Of a DNA stretch of 62,885 nt, positions 9,174 through 19,791 are shown piece after piece. The position numbers and the translations under genes are program-made. The notes beneath the pieces were generated by a model. The model was not told the origin of the DNA. It searched no databases and was given only the letters and a program-made list of their open reading frames with translations. The DNA lies in NCBI GenBank assembly GCA_028718865.1, contig JAQUKX010000006.1, positions 1 through 62,885 of the forward strand, given 5' to 3'. The DNA is from Patescibacteria group bacterium (GTDB lineage: Bacteria; Patescibacteriota; Patescibacteriia; UBA1558; GWA2-36-10). Positions within the stretch are counted from its first letter, which is position 1, and each line of letters opens with the position of its first letter.

Positions 9174-11174
9174 TTACCAATCGCTGACATCCGGCAAAAA
9201 ACTACCTTCTTCCGCTACGTATTGCACTCCGTCTTCACTGGCATAAGTGGCGCTGCGCGATAATTCATTGTGCTTGAAAAGCTTGCTGTCCACATCAAGC
9301 AAAAAAGGCGAAGCCTTCAGCGGCTTATACCCGTCATGGCGGAAATTGGCCAGGGCATAACTCAAGCACAAAAACCTGGCGGCTCGGGTAATAGCCACGT
9401 AAAACAAACGCCTTTCTTCTTCTTTTTCTTCTGGACGGACGCAAAAAGGATGAGGAAAGGCCTGATCAGTCAAATTGATGACAAAAACCGCTTCCCATTC
9501 CAAGCCCTTGGCCTGATGAACAGTGGACAAAACAATCGCTTCTTTGTCCGACTGGCGGCGGTCAGTGGCGCTATAGCTTTCTTGCAAGCTCATTTCATTC
9601 AAAAATAATTCCAAGCTCTGATAGTCTGCGGCAAAAATAGCCAGCTGCTCCAAATCATCCTGCCGGTATCTATAATCAGTGTAATTAGCCAGCAAATGCT
9701 CCTGATAATTCTCAATAATAATATTTAGCAAGCGAGCCAACCCTTGATCTTTGTGCTTTATCAAGTCGGTCAACAATTCATGTATTTTTCGCCAGCTGCT
9801 AGCAGCTTTGCTGGACAAGGACAAATCAAATTCCGCCAGCTGCTGCAAACTGTCTAAGGTCATTATCCTTTGATAAATCAGTTGCGCGCTTATTGGCCCA
9901 ATACCCTCATAAAGAGACGAGACTCTCAACCAAGATACTTCATCGCGAAAATTACCGATAATTTTCAAATAAGCCAAAACATCCTTGACATGGGCTCTTT
10001 CAAAAAATTTCAAGCCGCCGCGCATTTCATAAGAAATGCCCCGCTTATTTAATTCCATTTCCAGAAGCTGGCTATGGGAAGCGGCCCGAAACAAGACCGC
10101 GATGCTAGTCGGCGCCAGACCGCTATCAAGAAAATTTTCTATCCGATCAGCTACATAGCTGGCTTCTTGATGCTGGCTAAGCATTGCTGCCAGTTCCGGC
10201 TCAGCCAAAGCCGTAACTACAGCTTTGAGCTTTTTGGGAAACTGCTCTTTATTGGCGGCAATCACACTGTTGGCCAAAGCCAAAATCTCCGGCGTAGAGC
10301 GATAATTTGTCTCCAGTTTGTGCAGACGGCAAGCAACAAATTTCTCCGGAAATTGCAAAATATTTTTGATGTCCGCGGCTCGAAAAGAATAAATACTCTG
10401 AGCATCATCGCCCACGGCCACAATATTTTTATGCTCTTTGGCCAGATTGAAAATAATCTCGGCCTGAATAGAATTGGTATCTTGATATTCGTCCACCAAA
10501 ATATGCTGCCATTTAGCAGCCAGAATCTTGCCGGCTTCCGGATGCCTGGTCAGCTTGAGCCAACTGAGCAAAAGATCGTCAAAATCCAAAACATTGGAAA
10601 GTTCTTTTCTTTTTTTATACTCCGCCGCCACTTTTTCAAAATATTCCAGCATGGGCAGCCATTCGGGAAATTTATATTCCAAAGCGCTCTCTATATCTGT
10701 TTGCGAATTGGCGCTGTAGCTGATAGTTTCCTTAAATAAAGCCGGTGAAGGCTTGGTTTTGTCAGGAAAACCAGCTAGCATATCCTTGATAATCATTTTT
10801 AGCAAAGCTTGACTGTCATCGCTGTCTAGTATGGTAAACCCTTTATCAAGACCGATGTGCTGACCATAAATTTTGAGCAGACGATTGGCCAAGCTGTGAA
10901 AAGTCCCTCCCCAAAGAGACAATTTGGCATCACTTTTTAAACCCAAGAGCTTTTTGACCCGCTCCATCATTTCATTGGCAGCTTTGTTGGTAAAAGTTAA
11001 GAGTAATATTTTCTCCGGCGCTACTCCTTGGGCGATCAGCCAAGCTGCTCTATAAGTCAGAGCTCTAGTTTTGCCACTGCCAGCTCCCGCCAAAACTAAA
11101 TGAGGCCCACCAGAAGCAGTGACCACCTCATATTGTTCTTTATTTAGGTCTTTTTGAAAATTAAGCTGAGCCAT
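9174..11174 (-). CDS. pcrA: UvrD/PcrA family ATP-dependent DNA helicase
   Basis: AGAGSGKT, LVDEYQD, VGDDAQSIYSFR, NYRSTPEI, STVHQAKGLEW, EERRLFYVAITRA. Confidence 0.92.
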   Translation of the reverse strand: MAQLNFQKDLNKEQYEVVTASGGPHLVLAGAGSGKTRALTYRAAWLIAQGVAPEKILLLTFTNKAANEMMERVKKLLGLKSDAKLSLWGGTFHSLANRLLKIYGQHIGLDKGFTILDSDDSQALLKMIIKDMLAGFPDKTKPSPALFKETISYSANSQTDIESALEYKFPEWLPMLEYFEKVAAEYKKRKELSNVLDFDDLLLSWLKLTRHPEAGKILAAKWQHILVDEYQDTNSIQAEIIFNLAKEHKNIVAVGDDAQSIYSFRAADIKNILQFPEKFVACRLHKLETNYRSTPEILALANSVIAANKEQFPKKLKAVVTALAEPELAAMLSQHQEASYVADRIENFLDSGLAPTSIAVLFRAASHSQLLEMELNKRGISYEMRGGLKFFERAHVKDVLAYLKIIGNFRDEVSWLRVSSLYEGIGPISAQLIYQRIMTLDSLQQLAEFDLSLSSKAASSWRKIHELLTDLIKHKDQGLARLLNIIIENYQEHLLANYTDYRYRQDDLEQLAIFAADYQSLELFLNEMSLQESYSATDRRQSDKEAIVLSTVHQAKGLEWEAVFVINLTDQAFPHPFCVRPEEKEEERRLFYVAITRAARFLCLSYALANFRHDGYKPLKASPFLLDVDSKLFKHNELSRSATYASEDGVQYVAEEGSFLPDVSDW

Positions 11175-11259
11175 AAGTAGGAGTATTATAACGCAGAGGG
11201 AAAAATAAATCCAATAAGAAACCGAGCCCCAAAGGAGCTCGGTTGGAACGGAAAAGGCA

Positions 11260-11725
11260 TCAACTACGATTGAGATCTTTGGCTCTGTTTATGGTAATTA
11301 TAGGCCCCTGACTGACGTCTTGACCATAACCCGAGATAATGTAGCCTCCGGGCTGAGGATCTTTGTAATAATAGACTGCCCCCGACTCGGGAGCATAAGG
11401 CGGAAAGACCAGAGTCTGTCGTGGCTCAGTTCGACGACCACTAAAAGGATTTTTTCTTTCCACTCCCAGAAAATCATCCAAGTAGTGATCATAGCCCCCA
11501 GAGATAAAGTGGCACTGACCCACCGTTAAAAGAAGACCAGTCCTTTATTGCCCTATCAGTCAAGCGGGCAATAGACTTAACCGTCTCCTCTTTGGCCATT
11601 TTGTCCATGGCTCGGAAATTGGGAACAATAATGAAAGATAGAATAGCAATAATGCCCAAGATCAAAACTACTTCAACCAAGGAAGACCTGTCTGACTGCC
11701 TGTCAACACCCTGACTGTTTGCCAT
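11260..11725 (-). pseudogene. Type IV pilin-like gene split by a one-base frameshift in a G5 run (11495-11499)
   Basis: ORF 11725-11489 has a pilin-like N-helix (SLVEVVLILGIIAILSFIIVP); the +1 frame ORF 11523-11260 carries a pilin-like globular part (NPFSG..GAVYYY..YIISGYG); own TTGACA/TATAAT promoter and terminator. Confidence 0.65.
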
Positions 11726-11917
11726 GACTGACCCCTTTGTTTGGAGGAAGACGCCTAATTGACTACCAAGCCAGCTCTTTTCCGACTAGAAGTGCAATGA
11801 ACTAAAAATGAAGCTTATTATACAATAAGTTTGTTTTTTGTCAAAGAAAGAGAAATTGGTTAATAATTGCCTTTTTACAATCTTTATGATTTAATTTGTT
11901 CTGTATTTAAATTAAAT

Positions 11918-11944
11918 AGATTCCGGCTCGGAGACCGGAATGAC
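11918..11944. repeat. ATGAC-ended palindromic element (dRS3-like ATTCCG-N10-CGGAAT) upstream of ychF
   Basis: AGATTCCGGCTCGGAGACCGGAATGAC. Confidence 0.6.
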
Positions 11945-11956
11945 GAAAAAATATTT

Positions 11957-13018
11957 ATGTCATTTTCCTTGGGAATAGTCGGCCTACCCAATGTCGGCAA
12001 ATCCACATTATTTCAAGCACTTACTCGCAACAAGGTAGAAGCTAGCAACTACCCTTTTTGTACTATTGACCCCAATGTCGGCGTAGTACCAGTACCAGAT
12101 GAGCGTCTGGAAAAACTGGCTCAAATGTCTCAGTCAGCCAAAATCATTCCAACCGTGATTGAATTTGTTGACATTGCCGGACTGGTCAAAGGAGCCTCGG
12201 AAGGCGAGGGTTTGGGCAATAAATTTTTGTCCCACATCCGACAAGTGGACGCTATTGTTCAAGTTATCCGCTATTTTCAAGACGAAAATGTCACTCATGT
12301 CCACGGCCAAGTCAACCCCGAATATGATAAAGAAGTAATAAATTTGGAATTGATAATTGCCGATCTAGAAACTGTCCGGCGAAATCTGGACAAAATAATC
12401 AGCAAGCTCAAAGGACCGCATGATAAAAATGATGAAAAACAAAAAGAAGTTTTGGAACTGGCAAAAAAAACTCTGGAGGAAAACAAAATGCTCAATACTC
12501 TGGAACTGAGTTCTGAAGAGAAAAAAATCCTCAAACAATTCAATCTCCTGACTATCAAGCCGATAATCTACCTTTATAATGTCAGTGAAAAAGATCTGGG
12601 TAAAGATCTAAAATTGCCGGAAAATGCTCTGGCTATTTGCGCCAAAACAGAAGCGGAATTAGCTGAGCTTAGCCCTGAAGAAGCCAAAGAGTATCTCAAA
12701 GAACTAGGCATTGCCAAAAGCGGACTGGATAATTTAATCAATGCCAGCTATAGACTACTTAATCTAATAACTTTTATTACCACTGGACCGGAAGAAACTC
12801 GCGCCTGGACAGTAGAAAATGGCGCCAAAGCCCCTCAGGCAGCTGGTGTTATTCATACTGATTTTGCCAAGGGCTTTATTCGAGCTGAAGTTATAAACTG
12901 GCAACAGCTTCTAGATGATGGCGGCTGGAATCAAGCCAAAGAAAAAGGTCACATGAAAATGGAAGGCAAAGAATACATAATCAAAGATGGAGATACAGTT
13001 CATTTCCATTTTAACTAA
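11957..13018 (+). CDS. ychF: Redox-regulated ATPase YchF (start reassigned to ATG 11957)
   Basis: [50 protein letters not shown]. Confidence 0.96.
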   Translation: MSFSLGIVGLPNVGKSTLFQALTRNKVEASNYPFCTIDPNVGVVPVPDERLEKLAQMSQSAKIIPTVIEFVDIAGLVKGASEGEGLGNKFLSHIRQVDAIVQVIRYFQDENVTHVHGQVNPEYDKEVINLELIIADLETVRRNLDKIISKLKGPHDKNDEKQKEVLELAKKTLEENKMLNTLELSSEEKKILKQFNLLTIKPIIYLYNVSEKDLGKDLKLPENALAICAKTEAELAELSPEEAKEYLKELGIAKSGLDNLINASYRLLNLITFITTGPEETRAWTVENGAKAPQAAGVIHTDFAKGFIRAEVINWQQLLDDGGWNQAKEKGHMKMEGKEYIIKDGDTVHFHFN

Positions 13019-13351
13019 TAAATAGTGCCTGCCCCGTGCGAACGAAGCGAGTCTACGGGATCCATTTCCACTTTAATTAACACTCATATTTCTTGGTCAA
13101 AAAACATTGTGCTATAATATAAAAAGCGTAAGAGTTCTTTTGCCTCTTTGGTCCAAAAACATCCAGCTCAACTAAAACGCGCCCCATAAAATAAAAGCGC
13201 AAAAAATAAAAAATAGTTGTCGGTTGCTTTTTGGCCAAATCATGACAACTGAATACAGAAACGTATGGAAGTTTTTTCAAGCTAAAGGGATCCCGCCAGC
13301 ATGGGGCAAGGCGGGATTTCTTTTTGTTGAAAATATATTTTAGAATCAAGA

Positions 13352-14392
13352 TTAAATGCGATTTTTAACAATCAACATCGCATCACCAAAAGAAAAAAAC
13401 CGATATTTTTTGGCAATTGCCTTTTTATAAACTTGTAAAATATTTTTTCTCTCTGCCAAAGCTGAGACCATAAAAAGAAGCGAGCTTTTGGGCAAATGAA
13501 AATTGGTAATTAAATCATCAACAAACTTGTATTTATAACCGGGATAAATATAAATATCCACCCACTTAGAGCCAGATTTTAATTGGCCTCTTTGGTCAGC
13601 AAAAGCTTCCAGAGTCCGCGCACTGGTAGTGCCAACAGTCATAATATTTTTGCCGGCTTTTTTTAGTTTGTTTAAAGAGTCAGCCGTTTTTTTATCAATA
13701 CTGGCCCACTCCTGATGTATCTGATGCTTTTTAATATCATCTACTTCCACTGGCGCAAAAGTGCCCAGTCCCACATGAAGAGTTACTTTAAAAATCTTTA
13801 CTCTTTTTTTTTCTAATTTTTTTAAAATTCTGTCAGTAAAATGGAGTCCGGCTGTTGGCGCCGCTGTTGAACCAGAAGTCCTGGCATAAATAGTTTGATA
13901 ATCTTTTTTGATAATTCTACTGTCTTTGGTCTTGATATAGGGCGGCAGTGGCGTATGGCCAATAGTTTCTATTAGTCTATCTAGCTCCGCGCCAGATTTG
14001 TTGAACTTAATCTGCTTTGTTTTGCCGTCTATGTCTTTTATAATTTTAGCCTGCCAACCCGACGGGTCGAAATAAATAACATCGCCTATTTTCAGGTTTT
14101 TCCCGCCAATCAGTGCTTGCCAACCCGACGGGTTAAGCTTCTTTGTTAACAACACTTCTACTTTGCCGCCGGTTTTCTTTTTACCATATAATCTAGCGGG
14201 AAATACTTTGCTTTGATTGACTACCAAAACATCATTGTCAGTTAAAATATCCGGTAAATCATAAAAATGCCGGTGACTAATCTTATTTTTTGCCCGATCA
14301 AAAACCAAGAGCCGAGAGCTGTCTCTCGGTCGAGCTGGTTTTTGAGCAATCAGCTCTTTGGGTAAATGATAGTCAAATAAATTTATGTTCAT
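13352..14392 (-). CDS. queA: tRNA preQ1(34) S-adenosylmethionine ribosyltransferase-isomerase (start at 14392)
   Basis: FDYHLP.ELIAQ, PLPPYI, YQTIYA..GS.AAPTAGLHFT, TLHVGLGTF, LITNFHLPKS, FFSFGDAM. Confidence 0.96.
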   Translation of the reverse strand: MNINLFDYHLPKELIAQKPARPRDSSRLLVFDRAKNKISHRHFYDLPDILTDNDVLVVNQSKVFPARLYGKKKTGGKVEVLLTKKLNPSGWQALIGGKNLKIGDVIYFDPSGWQAKIIKDIDGKTKQIKFNKSGAELDRLIETIGHTPLPPYIKTKDSRIIKKDYQTIYARTSGSTAAPTAGLHFTDRILKKLEKKRVKIFKVTLHVGLGTFAPVEVDDIKKHQIHQEWASIDKKTADSLNKLKKAGKNIMTVGTTSARTLEAFADQRGQLKSGSKWVDIYIYPGYKYKFVDDLITNFHLPKSSLLFMVSALAERKNILQVYKKAIAKKYRFFSFGDAMLIVKNRI

Positions 14393-14928
14393 AGCAATCT
14401 CTTTGAATAAACACAACCGCAATAATTCTGCCTATAAAAACCCTCTTCTTTGGCTAGCTGACAAGCTTGCTTGTAGCCATCTTGCTTTTTCCAATCATGG
14501 TCAACAAACTCCAGCCCGTATTCCTTGGACAAGCGCTGACCAATTTGGGAAATTGACTGATAATTTTTATGTGGAGAAATAGACAATGAAGTTGCCCAAA
14601 AAGCAAAATTATTTTCTTTGGCGTATTTTATAGTTTCAGTTAAACGAAACTCAAAACAAAGATCACAACGCTTACCCCGCTCTGGTTCTTTTTCCAAACC
14701 TCTGGTCAGCTCAAACCACTGAGCGGTGTCATAAGAACCTTCTATAAACTGACTGCCAATTTTGGCCAGATGTCTGGCTACTTCATCACGACGACGCAGA
14801 TATTCCAGGCGAGGATGAATATTGGGGTTAAAATAATAAACAGTTACCTGATAATTTTCAGCTAACTTTTTGATAACATTGATAACACAAGGACCACAAC
14901 AACTATGGAGCAATAATTTTGCTTTCAT
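14389..14928 (-). CDS. queH: Epoxyqueuosine reductase QueH (DUF208)
   Basis: [37 protein letters not shown]; ATGA overlap with queA. Confidence 0.92.
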   Translation of the reverse strand: MKAKLLLHSCCGPCVINVIKKLAENYQVTVYYFNPNIHPRLEYLRRRDEVARHLAKIGSQFIEGSYDTAQWFELTRGLEKEPERGKRCDLCFEFRLTETIKYAKENNFAFWATSLSISPHKNYQSISQIGQRLSKEYGLEFVDHDWKKQDGYKQACQLAKEEGFYRQNYCGCVYSKRLL

Positions 14929-15950
14929 GAAAATAAATTATTTTGGGATTCTCCGGGCTTCTTGATATTGAGATATTGATAGGTCTTGTCAGTAGCTATC
15001 CGGCCTTTGGCAGTTCTGGCCAAAAAACCCAATTGCATTAAATAAGGCTCAAAAATTTCTTCAATCGTACCAGCTTCTTCTTGGACTGCTGCTGCCAGAG
15101 TACCCAGTCCTACTGGACCACCGGCAAAATTCTCAGCAATAACTTGCAGTAGTCGTCTATCCAAGTCGTCCAAACCGTAGCGATCTATAGCCATCATATC
15201 CATGGCTTTTTGAGTTAAGTCAAAAGAAATATTACCATCGGCTTTTACCTGAGCATAATCTCTGACCCGCTTGAGAATACGATTGGCAATTCTAGGAGTA
15301 GCTCGGGAACGACCAGCAATTTCCTTGCGGGAATCTTTATCAATATTAACAGCCAAAATATTGGCTGACCTTTTGACAATTTCCGCTATTTCCTCTTCGT
15401 TATAAAAATCCAAACGGAAAGTAAGGCCAAAACGATCGCGTAAAGGTGAGGAAATAAGATTATATCTGGTAGTAGCGCCAATTAAAGTGAACTTGGGCAA
15501 ATCCAGCCTAAGAATCTGAGCCGAAGGGCCTTTGCCCAAGATAATATCTAGGGCATAATCTTCCATAGCTGGATAAAGGATTTCTTCAATAGTTTTGTTT
15601 AGTCGATGAATTTCGTCAATAAACAAAATATCTCCCTCCTGCAAATTGGTAATAATCGCTGCCAAGTCGCCTGCTTTGGAAATTGCCGGACCAGAAGTCA
15701 CTTTAATTCCCACTCCCATTTCCTTGGCAATAATGTAGGCCAAAGTAGTCTTACCCAATCCTGGCGGCCCAAAAAGCAAAACATGATCAAGAGGCTCTTT
15801 TCTTTTTTGAGCAGCTTCTAAAACTACTGCCAAATTTTCTTTGACCTGATTCTGACCGATATATTCAACCAAAGACTGCGGCCTGAGAGTCAAATCCCAG
15901 CTACGGTCGCTTTTTTGCTCTTGGGCTGATATTATCCTTTCTTCTTCCAT
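14925..15950 (-). CDS. ruvB: Holliday junction branch migration helicase RuvB (start at 15950)
   Basis: [48 protein letters not shown]...RT.KGR. Confidence 0.97.
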   Translation of the reverse strand: MEEERIISAQEQKSDRSWDLTLRPQSLVEYIGQNQVKENLAVVLEAAQKRKEPLDHVLLFGPPGLGKTTLAYIIAKEMGVGIKVTSGPAISKAGDLAAIITNLQEGDILFIDEIHRLNKTIEEILYPAMEDYALDIILGKGPSAQILRLDLPKFTLIGATTRYNLISSPLRDRFGLTFRLDFYNEEEIAEIVKRSANILAVNIDKDSRKEIAGRSRATPRIANRILKRVRDYAQVKADGNISFDLTQKAMDMMAIDRYGLDDLDRRLLQVIAENFAGGPVGLGTLAAAVQEEAGTIEEIFEPYLMQLGFLARTAKGRIATDKTYQYLNIKKPGESQNNLFS

Positions 15951-16080
15951 GTTGACTAATGGCTTATGGTTTATTGCATTAACTAAAAATTGATATATAA
16001 CAATAAAACTAATTAAATATTTATGTAAGACCAAATGACGATTCTTAATTCTCCGCTATTGACGATACGCTATAATCTAT

Positions 16081-18582
16081 TTAAACAAAAGTAGTGCTGG
16101 AGACCAAATCTCCGGCCTCGCGGAAGCGCATCAGTCTCACTCCTTGAGTAGCCCGACCCAACACGCTGACTGACTTGATAGGCAAACGGATTACTTGGCC
16201 TTTTTTGGAAATAATAATCATGTCTTCATTTTCCATCTTGCGGCTGACTATTCTGGCAGCAGCCAAATCACCGGTTTTGGTTGTCACTTGGGCGGTTTTG
16301 ATGCCTGAGCCCCCGCGGCCTTGCACCTTGTAAGCCGACAAAGAAGTCCGCTTGCCAAAGCCGTTTTCAGTCACTACCAGAAGTTGCTCGTCCTTGCTGG
16401 CTTGGCCATCGGCAATGATGTCCATACCGACTATCTGATCGCCTTTTTTCAGTCTGATGCCGCGGACGCCGGAAGCTGAGCGACCCATGGATCGGACGCC
16501 TTTTTCTTTGAAGCGTATGGACTGCCCTTTGCTAGTGGCCAAAATAATATCATCCTTGCCACTCGATGGCTTGACCCATTCCAATTGATCGTCTTTTTTG
16601 AGCTTTATTGCTATCAGACCGCTGCGACGGACATTGTGAAATTCACTCACCTCAGTGCGCTTGATAACGCCATTTCTGGTGAGCATGACAAAATATTTAA
16701 AAGCATTGAAATCCTCGCTCTGTAAAATAGAAGAAACTTTTTCTTCCGGCGCCAGCTGAAGGAAATTGACGATGTTTTGCCCCTTGGCGGTACGAGACTG
16801 CTGAGGCACTTCGTAGGCCTTGAGCTGAAAAGTGCGACCACGGGTAGTGAAAAATAACAAATCAGAGTGGGTGGAAGTAGTAAAGAATTCGTCCACCTCA
16901 TCCTGTTCTTTGGTGGTCAGCCCCATCACGCCTTTGCCGCCTCGGCCTTGCGTGCGGAAAGTTTCTGGCGCCAAACGTTTGATGTAGCCGTCTCTGGTCA
17001 TCATAATCACCGTGGCTTCATTGGGAATAAGATCCTTGACGCTCATCTGACCTATAGCTGATTTAATTACTTTGGTGCGGCGCTCATCGCCAAATTTCTT
17101 TTTGATTTCCAAGAGCTCATCTTTGATGATTTTTAGAACTTTGGTTTTACTCTTCAATATTGCTTCCAGCTCGGCAATCAGCTTTTTCTTTTCTTTGAGC
17201 TCGTTTTCAATCTTCAATCTTTCCAGGTTAGCCAAATTCTGCAACCTCATTTCCAAAATAGCTGTGGCCTGACGATCGGAAAGCTTGAATTTTTTGATCA
17301 AGTTTATTTTGGCGACTTCCTTATCTTTGGAAGCGCGGATAGTTTTGATAACCGCGTCGATTTTGTCTAGAGCTTTTTTCAAACCCTCTAGTATATGAGC
17401 TCGATCTTTGGCTTTGTCCAGATCAAAATTGGTTCTTCTGACTATTATCTCTTGCCTATGCTTGATATATTCTTCCAAAATATTGGCCAAGGTCAAAACT
17501 CGCGGCTGGATGCCGTCAACCAAGGCCAGCATATTGACATGGAATTTTTCTTCCAGCTGAGTATGCTTATAAATATTGTTGAGTATCTTGTTAGCGTAAG
17601 CGTCTTTTTTGAGCTCTATCACTATCCGGACGCCTTCCTTGTCTGACTCGTCGCGCAAATCTTTGATGCCTTCTATTTTTTTGTCTCTGACCAGTTGGGC
17701 GATTTTCTCCAGCAAAGTAGCCTTGTTGACCTGATAAGGCACTGAAGAGATAATTATTTCAAACTGACCGGGCTTATTCTCTACTATATCGGCTTCGCCC
17801 CGCATTACTATCGACCCCCGACCAGTAGCATAAGCCGCCTTGATATCATCAATATTATAAATCACTCCGGCAGTAGGGAAATCCGGCCCTTTGACAAACT
17901 CCATCAGCTCATCAACTCCAGCTTCGGGATGATCAATCAGATAAACACAGGCATCAATGATCTCGCTTAAATTGTGCGGCGGGATATTGGTGGCCATGCC
18001 GACCGCAATGCCAGTAGTGCCGTTTAAAAGCAAATTGGGTAGCTTGGCCGGCAATACTCTGGGCTCTTTCTGGGAACCGTCGTAGTTAGGAGAAAAATCA
18101 ACTGTATTTTTTTCTATATCAAAAAGAATTTCTTCGGCCAAAGCTTCCAGCTTGGCTTCCGTATAACGCATGGCCGCGGCGCCATCGCCGTCCATGGAAC
18201 CGAAGTTTCCTTGGCCATTGACCAACCGGTAGCGCATGGCAAAATCTTGGGCCATTCTCACCATAGAATCATAAACTGCCGCATCGCCGTGCGGGTGATA
18301 TTTACCCAAGACTTCACCGACCACTGTGGCCGATTTGCGGAAGCGGGAGCTGTGTTTCAGTCCTAGCGTCCACATAGCATAGAGGATGCGGCGATGTACT
18401 GGCTTGAGTCCATCGCGGACATCAGGCAAGGCGCGGGAAACTATGACACTCATGGCATAGTCGATATAGGAGGTCTCCATTTCCCGCACTATAGACAGCG
18501 GCTCAACCCGACCGAACTTGACTTGAGTGTCTGGCATATTTTCTTTACCCGGCTTTTCTTTTTTGACTGATTTTTTTGGCAT
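16081..18582 (-). CDS. gyrA: DNA gyrase subunit A
   Basis: [31 protein letters not shown] catalytic Tyr, GyrA-box QGRGGKG. Confidence 0.97.
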   Translation of the reverse strand: MPKKSVKKEKPGKENMPDTQVKFGRVEPLSIVREMETSYIDYAMSVIVSRALPDVRDGLKPVHRRILYAMWTLGLKHSSRFRKSATVVGEVLGKYHPHGDAAVYDSMVRMAQDFAMRYRLVNGQGNFGSMDGDGAAAMRYTEAKLEALAEEILFDIEKNTVDFSPNYDGSQKEPRVLPAKLPNLLLNGTTGIAVGMATNIPPHNLSEIIDACVYLIDHPEAGVDELMEFVKGPDFPTAGVIYNIDDIKAAYATGRGSIVMRGEADIVENKPGQFEIIISSVPYQVNKATLLEKIAQLVRDKKIEGIKDLRDESDKEGVRIVIELKKDAYANKILNNIYKHTQLEEKFHVNMLALVDGIQPRVLTLANILEEYIKHRQEIIVRRTNFDLDKAKDRAHILEGLKKALDKIDAVIKTIRASKDKEVAKINLIKKFKLSDRQATAILEMRLQNLANLERLKIENELKEKKKLIAELEAILKSKTKVLKIIKDELLEIKKKFGDERRTKVIKSAIGQMSVKDLIPNEATVIMMTRDGYIKRLAPETFRTQGRGGKGVMGLTTKEQDEVDEFFTTSTHSDLLFFTTRGRTFQLKAYEVPQQSRTAKGQNIVNFLQLAPEEKVSSILQSEDFNAFKYFVMLTRNGVIKRTEVSEFHNVRRSGLIAIKLKKDDQLEWVKPSSGKDDIILATSKGQSIRFKEKGVRSMGRSASGVRGIRLKKGDQIVGMDIIADGQASKDEQLLVVTENGFGKRTSLSAYKVQGRGGSGIKTAQVTTKTGDLAAARIVSRKMENEDMIIISKKGQVIRLPIKSVSVLGRATQGVRLMRFREAGDLVSSTTFV

Positions 18583-18602
18583 AAAAATTTATTTGGCTAT
18601 CA

Positions 18603-18947
18603 TTAATCAATTGTTTGCACTTCTGTGGAAGTAACGGTCGTGGTAGCGGCTCTTTTTTCTTCCAGATAAATTCTGGCCGCAGCCACTAATTCCTCTTTTT
18701 CCTGCTCTTTTTTGAACTCTTCTTCTAAGACGGAAAAGTCCAAATTAAAATCCGGCAAAATTGTTTCTAGACCTGCCCGCTCTTGGGAAACTGTCTGGTT
18801 TATCTGCGGCAAAAGCGTCAGCGGACTGGATTCAATCCTGCCAAAAGGATTTATTTTTAAATACTGATAAACAATAAATCCGACGGTCAAAAAAACTGCC
18901 AGAAAAATAAAAATCATCTTGCGCTTATTTTCTTCAAAAAAAATCAT
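18603..18947 (-). CDS. Small single-TM hypothetical protein
   Basis: N-terminal hydrophobic helix; 4-nt overlap with the upstream gene; directly precedes gyrA. Confidence 0.6.
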   Translation of the reverse strand: MIFFEENKRKMIFIFLAVFLTVGFIVYQYLKINPFGRIESSPLTLLPQINQTVSQERAGLETILPDFNLDFSVLEEEFKKEQEKEELVAAARIYLEEKRAATTTVTSTEVQTID

Positions 18948-19528
18948 GAGTCACTTTTTAAAACTACCAGCTTCATCTCGTCTTGAGGTAGGTCTTTTTG
19001 CTTGATGCTAAATTTGTCTCCAGTCTCGGGCTTCAAGCCTATTTCTTTGACAAAGTCAGCCAGCTGCCCCGAATTAAAACAGCTAGGAATAATGATCCTT
19101 GGTTCTACTTGGCGAATTATTTTGCCTGCTTCCTTAGCACTGGTGAGCTCACCGCCAGCAATAGGCAAAATTAAAATATCCGAACCTTCCAAAAGCTCTA
19201 GGTTATGATTACTCAATTCATCATGGCCGTACTCGCCCAAAAAAGCAATTTTGATTTCTTCAATAATCAAATTATAAATTATCTTACCATTTATCTGGCG
19301 ACCGTAGACAAAGACACCGCCAAACTCGTATTCGCCCGGTGAGCTGATGACAAAGCTGGATTGGTCGAATTTGGCTTCGGCCATGCGGCTGGGATCACTG
19401 AAGAGTATCAGCTCAGCTTTGGCCTTGGCGGCTTTAGATTTTTTGCTCAAACTATAAGGATTGAAAATAAGGGAAATAGTACTGGTTTTACACTTAAAAT
19501 AATTGTCCCCCTGCCAAGTAATAATCAT
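18944..19528 (-). CDS. MBL-fold (Lactamase_B_3-like) protein with degenerate metal motifs
   Basis: ITWQG.NYFK, SSPGEYEFGGVFV, DILILPI.G, IRQVEPRIIIP pattern. Confidence 0.7.
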   Translation of the reverse strand: MIITWQGDNYFKCKTSTISLIFNPYSLSKKSKAAKAKAELILFSDPSRMAEAKFDQSSFVISSPGEYEFGGVFVYGRQINGKIIYNLIIEEIKIAFLGEYGHDELSNHNLELLEGSDILILPIAGGELTSAKEAGKIIRQVEPRIIIPSCFNSGQLADFVKEIGLKPETGDKFSIKQKDLPQDEMKLVVLKSDS

Positions 19529-19684
19529 ATCTTTTGCCTTTTTTTAGCTCTTTAAAACGTATGAATTTTATCACAAAAAAGGGCAAAAGTAAAGATAAAA
19601 AGTAGCTCCAAAATCAGCTGAAAAGCCGCCAGTTGCGGCCAAAAGCAGGCCTTGATTTTTTATCAGCTTTGTGCTAGAGTAAGA

Positions 19685-19791
19685 CGACTGCTTAACAGGC
19701 AGCTTAACTAATCAATCCGGGGTTAGTGATAAACTCCGGAGCTTATTCCTCCTAAAATCAGAAAGGCATAGGCTAAATAGCTAAAAATTAA
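19685..19791 (+). promoter_or_regulatory. Structured 5' leader of rpsA
   Basis: TTGATT...TAGAGT promoter just upstream; hairpins CTGC/GCAG and TCCGG...CCGGA; A-rich, SD-less region before ATG. Confidence 0.45.

Noticed and set aside
10074-10739. 221-aa ORF antisense to the helicase (and similar ORFs within ftsH, pilB, hppA, glmS, gyrA)
   Set aside because: They overlap well-supported housekeeping genes and have no protein-like features
13077-13349. 90-aa minus-strand ORF after queA
   Set aside because: Runs through a terminator hairpin, is low-complexity and has no initiation signal
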